IMG/VR virus record: IMGVR_UViG_3300025120_000039
Length of the DNA: 20,000 bases
Direction: 5' to 3' (one strand)
Source of the DNA: an uncultured virus (IMG/VR IMGVR_UViG_3300025120_000039)
Taxonomy: Duplodnaviria; Heunggongvirae; Uroviricota; Caudoviricetes
This document shows positions 1 through 8,057 of the stretch, one piece after another. Position 1 is the first letter of the stretch, and each line of letters opens with the position of its first letter. Both the position numbers and the translations under genes were made by a program. The notes under the pieces were generated by a model. It was given only the letters and a program-made list of their open reading frames with translations, was not told the origin of the DNA and searched no databases.

Positions 1-78
1 TTTCAACAAAGTATTATAATCAACCTCTTTATTTAGATTCTCTACTATTTCGCTTATGTAATTTAATATTCTTGCCAT
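1..78 (-). CDS. hypothetical protein, 5' part only (runs off window edge)
   Basis: ATG at 78, 2 nt after the stop of 81..323; frame open to base 1 (MARILNYISEIVENLNKEVDYNTLLK). Confidence 0.7.
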   Translation of the reverse strand, partial: MARILNYISEIVENLNKEVDYNTLLK

Positions 79-80
79 AT

Positions 81-323
81 TTAATCGTTCAATGTAACTT
101 CAATAGAAGAAATAGCATCCTCTACTCTATAAACACCCATTGGGCTATATATGTTAGTTATAATTGTTTCTATTAATTCTACCTTACTATTGTCATTATC
201 TATCTGCATACATATATTAGGAAATCTATTAGCATCTAATCGGCTTAATTTCTCTACTATTTCTGAAACAATAGCTTTCTTTTGCTGAATGTTTTTTATG
301 CTATATAATTTAGGTAAATTCAT
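81..323 (-). CDS. hypothetical protein (80 aa)
   Basis: TAATG 1-nt overlap with upstream ORF; operon packing. Confidence 0.75.
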   Translation of the reverse strand: MNLPKLYSIKNIQQKKAIVSEIVEKLSRLDANRFPNICMQIDNDNSKVELIETIITNIYSPMGVYRVEDAISSIEVTLND

Positions 324-592
324 TATTTTATGTATTCAAGGTTTAATTCTCCTTTATCATTTAATACCCAATACTTGTTTTCAGGTCCTTTACATAAAGG
401 CAAGGTTTTAGTAAACTTCTTAAAATTTAAGGGCTCTGTTTTAATAGCATCTAAATCTCTATCTGTTTTACCAATTAATTGTCTTTCTTGATAACCTATA
501 ATTTCTAATTCTGAAGCATCACTTGCTTCTAAAAAATCTATTGAAGTATTTTCAGTTGTATCTATTTTAAAATTTGGTGCTATATAAGCCAT
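323..592 (-). CDS. hypothetical protein (89 aa)
   Basis: ORF track; tight same-strand packing. Confidence 0.75.
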   Translation of the reverse strand: MAYIAPNFKIDTTENTSIDFLEASDASELEIIGYQERQLIGKTDRDLDAIKTEPLNFKKFTKTLPLCKGPENKYWVLNDKGELNLEYIK

Positions 593-603
593 ATCTATTT
601 ATT

Positions 604-1077
604 TTAATAACATTCGTTTTGTATTTCTTCCATCTTATCAATTGAAGAATATATCGTATCTATTTCCGCTTGACTATTAGCAAAATTTAAGTCATTGTAT
701 AATTTTTCAAGCTGCAACTTTACAAATTTGCAATGTGCATTTCTAATGTTAACTTTAATTTCATCAGGAACACCTCTTTCATCAAAAGGATGTGAATACC
801 AAATATTTCCTGAAGGGTCAAACTTATCTATTGTATCTCCTAATGGTAACTCAGGTGTATCTTCTCCATCAGTATTATCTTCTACCGGTTCTTCATTTAT
901 GTTAGCTGAATCCGGTGTATTTTGATTTATATTGGCACTATCGGGGTTTCCAACAGACCATACAGAAGTATTAGCATTAGGGTCAAAAACCTGACTACTT
1001 AAACTTGAATTGCTTGAATATCCGCTTGAAACTGATAAACCTCCTCCCGATTGATTAAACCATAAATCTTTTTTCAT
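604..1077 (-). CDS. hypothetical protein with Ser/Asn-rich low-complexity N-half and helical C-terminus
   Basis: 157 aa ORF; internal duplication PDSANIN x2; 5-nt gap from upstream gene. Confidence 0.75.
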   Translation of the reverse strand: MKKDLWFNQSGGGLSVSSGYSSNSSLSSQVFDPNANTSVWSVGNPDSANINQNTPDSANINEEPVEDNTDGEDTPELPLGDTIDKFDPSGNIWYSHPFDERGVPDEIKVNIRNAHCKFVKLQLEKLYNDLNFANSQAEIDTIYSSIDKMEEIQNECY

Positions 1078-1082
1078 ATTAA

Positions 1083-1793
1083 TTATTTTTTAAATACTAT
1101 TGCCTCATAAGATAAATACTCTAAATCTTTATCTTTAAATTGTTTTACTATTTTCATTCCTGCTAATTTTTCCAATTTTTCAAACGGAATATCATTGCTT
1201 GGCGAATGAATAACTACTAAGAATCCATTTTCATTTACAAAATGTGAACCTCTTTTTATGTAATATTCTAAGGGAGATAATTCTCCAACCTCTCTATTAT
1301 TATCTATAGATTTATAAAAGGTCATTTCATCATCAGGTTGTGTTATAACAATATTATATTTTCTTGAGGAATTAGTATTGCATACTGCGAAATACTGCGA
1401 TATATCTCTTTCAAATGAATTAAACAATCCTTTTTCGTTTCTTTCTTGACAAACAAATTCTGTTACTCTTTTGCATACATAATCTAAATTATATGCACTT
1501 ATGGTAGTGTTTTTAGGTGCTGCTTCTAATATTTTACCTGCACCGCTATTCGTGTGTAATAGGCTAACAGGAGCCGGTAACTGCTTATCACCTTCAACTG
1601 AGTAATTTATTATTTGACCTCTAAACCATTCCCAAATATCTTTTATAAGTTTATTAGATAATATAAAGTCATTACATTTACTATACCTTTTTAAAAAAGA
1701 TAATTCTTCTTGAGATGCATAATAACTTTCAGGATATGATTTAATTATCCTTTCTATTCTATCATCTATAGTATTTTCTTTTTTAATTTCCAT
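1083..1793 (-). CDS. SAM-dependent DNA amino-methyltransferase-fold protein, probably catalytically degenerate
   Basis: Motif order matches N6A MTases: SLLHTNSGAGKIL (cf. VLEPSAGxG), AYNLD (cf. AxEID), YNIVITQPDD (cf. FDxVIGNPPY), YYIKRGSHFVNENGFLVVI (cf. FIxRxLxLLKxGGxLxFI). Confidence 0.6.
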   Translation of the reverse strand: MEIKKENTIDDRIERIIKSYPESYYASQEELSFLKRYSKCNDFILSNKLIKDIWEWFRGQIINYSVEGDKQLPAPVSLLHTNSGAGKILEAAPKNTTISAYNLDYVCKRVTEFVCQERNEKGLFNSFERDISQYFAVCNTNSSRKYNIVITQPDDEMTFYKSIDNNREVGELSPLEYYIKRGSHFVNENGFLVVIHSPSNDIPFEKLEKLAGMKIVKQFKDKDLEYLSYEAIVFKK

Positions 1794-2846
1794 TTATTTT
1801 TCTGATTTAACCATATCTATGTAAACTTCTTTTATGTTTTCATCGCTTCTAACCCAAGGTGCTCTTTTTTCTAACACTTTTCTACTTCCTTTTGCCGTTA
1901 CCCATATTTGTTTAGTAGGTCCATATTTCTTATAGTTCTTAAACTCCATATCATCTATAAACATATCACTAAAAAATATCAAACACATTTCATAGTCAGG
2001 GTTTTCTTTTTGTTTTGTTCTTTCAATATCACCAAGTTTTCTGAATGCTCCCTCAAAATTCGTTCCCCCTCCTCCGTGATAAATAATTCTTTTATCTACA
2101 TCTTTCAAAGGTTCTTCTGCATTTGGTACACCAAATTTTGGGTCTTTGTCATAATCACTCATTTTACAATCATCACATACCCACATTTGCCCTGAATACT
2201 TTTTTGCTAAATCAGGTATGAACTGCGATAAAAGGTCTAAAAACGAAACCCCTGCCTCTGTATAGCTTCCCATACTTCCGGATTGGTCAAGCAAAACAAT
2301 AACTTCTTTGTCATCATCTATTACTTTTGACTTTGCCTTTCTAAATACTGCTATACCTTGAGAAATATATGTTTGGGCTCCTTCATAATCTATGTTTTTT
2401 CTTCCCATTTTAGGTAAGCCTATTAACTCTCCTATACCTGCTTCTATTTTACTAAACCACTCAGGCTCTCCTCCTTCACTTTCAGGAACTGCCATACTGC
2501 CTATTTCTCCACCTTTTCCTTCTCCTATTGCATCCGGAGGTAGTATATACTCTCCATCGGGAAATTTTATTTTGTTGCTTAAAATCTCAGCTTTTATTTC
2601 ACTAACATTAAACTCTGCCTCTCTAATATCTTTTAAGTCTTGAGCAGTTAACTGTTCGTTTTCATTAAAAGCATTTTTTTCAATTGAACCACAAGAATCA
2701 GGCATATCTGCCGTAATAGGATTAAGTATCTTATTTTGGGCTTTTATATCATCTTTTAGCCTACCAACAAGACCTTCAAGATTTTCATTTAATCCTGAAA
2801 TAATATCATTATATTTTTCTTCTTTTTGCTTGTAATTCATTACCAT
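1794..2846 (-). CDS. vWA-domain protein (DUF2201 C-terminal/vWA-like) with N-terminal coiled coil
   Basis: MIDAS motif VLLDQSGSM, GGGGTNF, LIFFSDM. Confidence 0.85.
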   Translation of the reverse strand: MVMNYKQKEEKYNDIISGLNENLEGLVGRLKDDIKAQNKILNPITADMPDSCGSIEKNAFNENEQLTAQDLKDIREAEFNVSEIKAEILSNKIKFPDGEYILPPDAIGEGKGGEIGSMAVPESEGGEPEWFSKIEAGIGELIGLPKMGRKNIDYEGAQTYISQGIAVFRKAKSKVIDDDKEVIVLLDQSGSMGSYTEAGVSFLDLLSQFIPDLAKKYSGQMWVCDDCKMSDYDKDPKFGVPNAEEPLKDVDKRIIYHGGGGTNFEGAFRKLGDIERTKQKENPDYEMCLIFFSDMFIDDMEFKNYKKYGPTKQIWVTAKGSRKVLEKRAPWVRSDENIKEVYIDMVKSEK

Positions 2847-3055
2847 TTATTTTGGGGACAATTTTGTCCTCTTAATGCAGTTTTTGCTTTTAAAATACAC
2901 CCACAAGTTAGTTGTCTACCACTTCTATCGTATTCAGGTCTTAATAAAGTTCCACAAGTAAGTCCAACTCCAAAAGTCTGTTTTGAATAGGGACATCTTG
3001 CACAGATATTTAACCTGTCTTGTGCCGTTAATTCTCTAGGTGTGTTATTCCACAT
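2840..3055 (-). CDS. small Cys-rich putative metal-binding protein (DUF6171-like)
   Basis: RLNICARCP...CG...CGCILKAKT...CPQNKW pattern typical of a widespread small phage/bacterial family. Confidence 0.7.
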   Translation of the reverse strand: MWNNTPRELTAQDRLNICARCPYSKQTFGVGLTCGTLLRPEYDRSGRQLTCGCILKAKTALRGQNCPQNKW

Positions 3056-3059
3056 ACTA

Positions 3060-4631
3060 TTATTGTTTTAATTCTTCTAACTCTTCTAATGCAACATCTA
3101 TATACATCATCTCTTCTTGTGTCAACTTATCTTTATGCTTTAACTTAATACTATTAAAATTGTCTATTGACTTATTAATGTTTTTTGTTAAGTTGATGTC
3201 TTTTATTTTTTCCTCTAAATCTTCTTTTCTTTTTGTTTGTTCTTCTGTCCAATCAGGAATATCATTAGCATCAAAATCTGACTCTTCCTCTTTTTCATTT
3301 TCTCCTTTTCCCTCTGCCTCTCCTTCTCCTTCTCCTTCTGCTTTTTCTTCTCCCTCTTCTTCGTTTACTTTGCTATCTCCTTCATTTTCATCTTGTTCCG
3401 TGTCTGACTGCGAACCTGAGCCTGAGCCATCTTCTACATCCTCATCTTCATCCTCACTTAACTCATCTGACCATACACCATCTCCTTGATTATTTCCATC
3501 TACTCCTCCGTTTAATAAATCCTCAAGTATTTCTTCTTTTTCTTTAATTATATCTTCCGGAGTTTTGTTTTCATCACCTTTTCCATCTGCACCTTCTCCA
3601 TCTCCACTTTCTCCATCTCCACTTTCTCCATCTCCACTTTCTCCATCATCATCATCTCCTCCTGAATCTCCTCCTTGACCTTCATCTCCATCATCATCAT
3701 CTCCGTATTCTCCTTGTTGCCCTTCTTCTTCAGGTATAGCTGATATTATTTGTGATTTAGTAAATACTCCAAGTAAATCTCCGCTTGTCGTTAGTTGCAT
3801 TCTTGATTCTTTTACTGCATCCATTAACGAATTGAATTCTTCTTCACTTATACTTTCTACAACATAATTTCCTTCTTCATCTATATCTACTATTTTGCCG
3901 GGGTCACCATTGTAAGGAGATTCGTTTGTATTAATTATTACATAATCTCCTATTTCAAAACCTTTTGGCTCTTCTTTATCTTGCTCCTTATCATTCTCTT
4001 GCTTTTGTCTTTTATTAGCTTTATTAAATTTATTAGCTATAATCCACCACTCAGGAATGTAAGGGTTATCCTCATCGTAAGGCAAATCAATCTTACCAAA
4101 TTGTTCTTCAGGAACTAAAAGAGATTGGTCTTTGTCCTTAAAATTCATACACTTATAAACCTCTAACAATCCGCTTCTACTTAGTTGGTCGTTTATTCTG
4201 ATGTCCATACAACAATTAGCATTACGAACATCACTAAAAGGCATTGTAAGTAAGCAATCTCCCCTTAATATATGACCCATTTCGTGTCTAAATGCGGCTT
4301 TCATAGCAGGTTCCCAATAGCACATATATTTAGTAAATGTTGGATAGCCTATATAAAATCTTTTTTTCTTTCTTGAATATGCTGAGTAAAAAGTAGTGGC
4401 TTTTGGGTCATAATAAAGCAATATATCATTTGGTATCATTCCTGCTTCTCTAATCAAATCATCAAGAACACCTAATCTAAATTCATCAGATATTCTTTTT
4501 AAATTTTGTGTAATTCTAGCCGAACTATTTTTTAATGCCTGAAATTTAAATTCACCAATATCATCTTTGGTACTTTTCATATAAAAGTCCCAAAACTTAC
4601 CCCAATCAGTATAATACTTATGTTCTGACAT
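3060..4631 (-). CDS. putative zincin metallopeptidase (DUF2201 N-terminal-like) with KOW/SH3-like segment and long acidic Gly/Asp/Glu tail
   Basis: RHEMGHIL (HEXXH) followed by ANCCMDIRINDQL (cf. NxAxDxxIN); FEIGDYVII..PYNGDPGKIVDI KOW-like; acidic low-complexity C-half. Confidence 0.8.
   Translation of the reverse strand: MSEHKYYTDWGKFWDFYMKSTKDDIGEFKFQALKNSSARITQNLKRISDEFRLGVLDDLIREAGMIPNDILLYYDPKATTFYSAYSRKKKRFYIGYPTFTKYMCYWEPAMKAAFRHEMGHILRGDCLLTMPFSDVRNANCCMDIRINDQLSRSGLLEVYKCMNFKDKDQSLLVPEEQFGKIDLPYDEDNPYIPEWWIIANKFNKANKRQKQENDKEQDKEEPKGFEIGDYVIINTNESPYNGDPGKIVDIDEEGNYVVESISEEEFNSLMDAVKESRMQLTTSGDLLGVFTKSQIISAIPEEEGQQGEYGDDDDGDEGQGGDSGGDDDDGESGDGESGDGESGDGEGADGKGDENKTPEDIIKEKEEILEDLLNGGVDGNNQGDGVWSDELSEDEDEDVEDGSGSGSQSDTEQDENEGDSKVNEEEGEEKAEGEGEGEAEGKGENEKEEESDFDANDIPDWTEEQTKRKEDLEEKIKDINLTKNINKSIDNFNSIKLKHKDKLTQEEMMYIDVALEELEELKQ
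3595..3647. repeat. 15-bp tandem repeat (tctccatctccactt x3.5) encoding GDGES repeats
   Basis: Three exact copies at 3595, 3610 and 3625 plus a partial copy, inside the acidic linker. Confidence 0.9.
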
Positions 4632-6916
4632 TATAGCTTTTCAATTAATTCTTTTAATCTAACTCCATTTCCTGATTCCTTCATTCTTTCGTTTAAACTT
4701 CCTTCATAGAACCTATTAAGTATTGATTTAACTCTAGGGTTTTTAAAGAAATTCATTACTTTTTCTGATTCCCCTCCATTTTTACTTTCTTGTAAAAACT
4801 TAATATATTTTTCGTTATCTGCTAAAGTTGAATCAAAAAATGATGCGAAAGCACCCATAAAGTAATATCTAATATAAAGGCTTAAAGAAAGTGAGTTTTC
4901 ATAATTGTTTAGTCCGTATAATCCACTTTGCTCTTGACTTTTTCTTTGAGCAGGTTTCATACCTCTTAACTTAGATTTAGTTTCACCATACATCAGTTTT
5001 TCTGTCTGTTCAGCATCTACTTTAAGAGTATGTGTTTCAATTTCACCTTCTTTATTTAAAAACTTTTCAAAAAAGTTATTTACTTCTAAAATTTGCTTTG
5101 TAAATAAATCGGAATCTATTTGAGTATCTCCTCTAAGATTTATCATTATTTGCTGATATATAAAAGGAATCATTTTATCTCCTACATTTGCTAATTGGTC
5201 ATAATTTCCTGCTTGATTTTCGTTAGATGCTTGAATATGTGATAATGCGTTTAATGTCCAAGAAGTTAGCTTTGATGGATTTCCATTAGTTTGAGCATAG
5301 CTATTTGATAACTCTAATTGAAGATAATTGAAGTAATCCTTTTGATAATCTTTAAATGATAGTGCAATTTCGTTTCTCAATCTCATTACAGGACTTATAT
5401 TTCCACCTCCTACTTTTGATGCTCCTGCTAATGATGCCCCAAAACTTTCCTCATCACTCTCAGTATATAATTCTTCAGCTAAACATAGCCATAATGCACC
5501 TAAACTTTCATAATAGTTTTTTAATCCGGGGTCACTTTTATAATTTGACTTTCCTCCAAGATAATTATCTCTCCAAATCATTCCCCAAGCAGTATCATTA
5601 AAAACCTTGTCATCATTTGACAAAAGCCTTACTGCTGATGACATATCTCCTCTTGCCTTTCCTAATATTTTTTGAAAATATGAACTAAAGTTTTGATAAA
5701 AATAATTTCCACTTCTATCTCTTTTATTTAGCATTTTTGGTAAAAAGCTATATTGCCATTGTAAGTTAACTTCATCAAGAAAAGCTACTTTCTTTAGTAG
5801 CAATGAAACATCCATATCATTAGGACCAAATTTATCTACACAATCCATTACTTTGGTTGCATTTTTATCCGGTGGATATAATGCCATTGTGCTTCTCATA
5901 ATTATTTGACAAAATCTTCTAAATAGTGCTTCCTCAATATCATTAGTGGCATTTGCTATTCCAACTATTCTACAATCCATTAAAGGCAATCCTTTAGATA
6001 CTTGAGAACGAACTAAATCTGCCATATTACGATAATCTCCATAATCAACATCTAATGGAATTGGCATTCCCTTTTTGTTGTTTATTTCTTTCATTGTCCA
6101 ACTTTTCAATGTTCTTTCACGAACAATATGTAACAATGGTGCATATTTTTCTTTTTCGTGTTCACTTACCTTATCTAACTCATCAAGTATTAACCAATAA
6201 TTACCATAACCTAAAATAGTACACAAATACATACATAAGTCCCGTATATCATCTCTTCCTGCTTCTAACGCATCTAATGTGTACTCGTATGCAGTTTCTG
6301 CCTGTACTGCCGTTTCAGGACTTCTTTTGAACACAAATTCTTTTGAATTTAATATTTCACGAGTAGTAGCATCTGATAAATTGTTTTTTCCACTATCTAC
6401 CAACTGAGCACTAACCTCTTGTTCGCCTTCAGGATAATCTAATTCCATCAATGCTATTAATATTTGATGAAGTATTTTGTATGAATAAGAAAATTTTGTT
6501 TGAGGTTTATCATAAACCTTTATGTAGTTGTCAAAAATTGTTTGACCATTTGCTACTTGCGTAGAAATTGTACTACTATTTGGAAACCAATAAGGTTTTA
6601 AGAATTTTAAAATATCTTCTCCTGTTCTTATTTTTTTACCCTCACTATCTCTTTCTGTATCGTAATCTTTACTAATTAATTTTGCTAATCCTTCTATGTT
6701 TTCAGGCTTTTCTGAACCAATGTAAAGCATAGATGAAGGAAGCCTCCATTTTTCTGTAATTTGTAATAAAGTATAAGACTTACCAATTGATGATTTTCCT
6801 ACAATTAAAACAGGTATATCATATCTTACGAGTTGTAAAATAGTTTTTAGTGTTTCGGTTCCTATTTTATCTTTTTCAATTCTTAAATTTTGTATTTCTT
6901 TATTGTCCCGTGCCAT
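4631..6916 (-). CDS. MoxR/AAA_5-like AAA+ ATPase with ~125-aa insertion and long C-terminal extension
   Basis: Walker A PVLIVGKSSIGKS, KPYWFP, Walker B LILDELDK, sensor-1 RIVGIAN, Arg finger IEEALFRRF. Confidence 0.85.
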   Translation of the reverse strand: MARDNKEIQNLRIEKDKIGTETLKTILQLVRYDIPVLIVGKSSIGKSYTLLQITEKWRLPSSMLYIGSEKPENIEGLAKLISKDYDTERDSEGKKIRTGEDILKFLKPYWFPNSSTISTQVANGQTIFDNYIKVYDKPQTKFSYSYKILHQILIALMELDYPEGEQEVSAQLVDSGKNNLSDATTREILNSKEFVFKRSPETAVQAETAYEYTLDALEAGRDDIRDLCMYLCTILGYGNYWLILDELDKVSEHEKEKYAPLLHIVRERTLKSWTMKEINNKKGMPIPLDVDYGDYRNMADLVRSQVSKGLPLMDCRIVGIANATNDIEEALFRRFCQIIMRSTMALYPPDKNATKVMDCVDKFGPNDMDVSLLLKKVAFLDEVNLQWQYSFLPKMLNKRDRSGNYFYQNFSSYFQKILGKARGDMSSAVRLLSNDDKVFNDTAWGMIWRDNYLGGKSNYKSDPGLKNYYESLGALWLCLAEELYTESDEESFGASLAGASKVGGGNISPVMRLRNEIALSFKDYQKDYFNYLQLELSNSYAQTNGNPSKLTSWTLNALSHIQASNENQAGNYDQLANVGDKMIPFIYQQIMINLRGDTQIDSDLFTKQILEVNNFFEKFLNKEGEIETHTLKVDAEQTEKLMYGETKSKLRGMKPAQRKSQEQSGLYGLNNYENSLSLSLYIRYYFMGAFASFFDSTLADNEKYIKFLQESKNGGESEKVMNFFKNPRVKSILNRFYEGSLNERMKESGNGVRLKELIEKL

Positions 6917-6919
6917 AAT

Positions 6920-7510
6920 TTATTTTCTTATTATTAATTTTTCACAACTATCATTCAATTCACTTATTTCAAGCATTGATGCCATACATTCATCATCTAA
7001 GCACTCTATATTCATAATAGCCCCATCCTTTTTTGATGAATCAATTACCGCTTGAGTGTAATATTTGTATGTATGAGTGTTGGAAAAATCTTTATCTAAC
7101 TTAAATTTATCTATATTTAATAAATTAGAATTTTTGTAATTGGGTTTTGTATTTAATTGACCTATTTTTTTGTTTTCTCCGCCATCATTAACATAAAAAT
7201 CATATTGCCCACAAGATTTTGCATACCTATCGCAAACTTGAGGCTCATACATCATTCCGCCTTTTCTAAACATTGTTATTTTGGCTCCTTTGTCAAAACT
7301 TACTCCATTTCCATCAATTTCGTTTATTGCTGATGCAATTTCCCTTGGTGTTCCTTCAACTTTGAATTTTCTGTCATCAGCCATAGATTTCTTGTTGATT
7401 ATGGCTTCTCCACCCTCAACTTCTATTTTTTGACCCGTAGACTTTACTGTCATTGGTATTCCCCCATCTGCGTGTGATGGTCCTTCTGTAAATCCTCCTT
7501 TTGCTCTCAT
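6920..7510 (-). CDS. protein with N-terminal GPSHxxGG...EGGE motif domain and possible degenerate GNAT-like C-terminus
   Basis: AKGGFTEGPSHADGGIP...IEVEGGEAIINKKS motif, recalled from Bacteroidota phage virion/tape-measure-associated proteins; second FRKGG motif; C-terminal KIGQL..LNIDKFKLDKDFSN..AVIDSSKKDG. Confidence 0.6.
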   Translation of the reverse strand: MRAKGGFTEGPSHADGGIPMTVKSTGQKIEVEGGEAIINKKSMADDRKFKVEGTPREIASAINEIDGNGVSFDKGAKITMFRKGGMMYEPQVCDRYAKSCGQYDFYVNDGGENKKIGQLNTKPNYKNSNLLNIDKFKLDKDFSNTHTYKYYTQAVIDSSKKDGAIMNIECLDDECMASMLEISELNDSCEKLIIRK

Positions 7511-7517
7511 ATTAAGA

Positions 7518-7525
7518 CAAAAATA
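7518..7525 (-). promoter_or_regulatory. Bacteroidota-type -7 promoter element (TATTTTTG) for the AAA/vWA operon
   Basis: Matches TAnnTTTG, 7 nt upstream of the ATG at 7510; a divergent TATATTTA lies at 7539-7546 on + ahead of 7613. Confidence 0.5.
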
Positions 7526-7612
7526 TGAAATTTATTCGTATATTTACCCCGGAATTAAAACAAGTTTTTTAGTGAATTTAGGAAAACTTGAAAAATAAAA
7601 AAATATATTTTT

Positions 7613-7834
7613 ATGAAAAATGGCAAAGTTTTACCCTCACAATTTACTACAGATAAAGGAGAAATATCTCCAATAAGCATCGCATTTTTTGGATTAACTC
7701 TTGCGGTTATATTTTACCAACTTACCTTCTATAGAAAGTGGTTAAAGTCTATTGACCACAGTAAAGATTTGGAAGATAGAGTGGCTAAATTAGAGAAGCA
7801 AAAGCAAGAAAATAATATAACTATTGTTTCTTAA
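7613..7834 (+). CDS. small single-pass membrane protein with C-terminal coiled coil
   Basis: Lies in an otherwise non-coding gap; A-rich leader; TM ISIAFFGLTLAVIFYQLTFY, then DLEDRVAKLEKQ. Confidence 0.7.
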   Translation: MKNGKVLPSQFTTDKGEISPISIAFFGLTLAVIFYQLTFYRKWLKSIDHSKDLEDRVAKLEKQKQENNITIVS

Positions 7835-8057
7835 TATTTTTCAACTTTTCAGACAAAAATAAGTAGCCAAAAACCAAAATAATTACTGAAGAATATATAC
7901 ACAAAGCCACTAAATTATATAAAAAAAATATACCACAAAGGGGTATAAATATCCACGGATTCTTAATAATACTAGGCTTAACGCAAAATATTTGAGGAAA
8001 TAATATTTTCTTAATTGTTATTTTAGATAATAACATTTTTAGCTTTTTAATCAACAT
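7821..8057 (-). CDS. small membrane protein
   Basis: Hydrophobic C-half; overlaps the end of the glycosyltransferase gene. Confidence 0.55.
   Translation of the reverse strand: MLIKKLKMLLSKITIKKILFPQIFCVKPSIIKNPWIFIPLCGIFFLYNLVALCIYSSVIILVFGYLFLSEKLKNIKKQ

Noticed and set aside
1..323. Similarity ISEIVENL (1..78) versus VSEIVEKL (81..323) as tandem paralogues
   Set aside because: The match is too short and the first gene is truncated, so it cannot be supported
695..5601. Plus-strand ORFs 695..925, 1908..2195, 2392..2643, 3040..3489, 5356..5601
   Set aside because: They lie antisense to well-supported minus-strand genes; Ser/Phe/Pro-rich shadow translations with no motifs
6206..6580. Intein as explanation for the AAA insertion
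   Set aside because: No recognisable intein N-terminal block, no His-Asn C-terminus and no LAGLIDADG motifs
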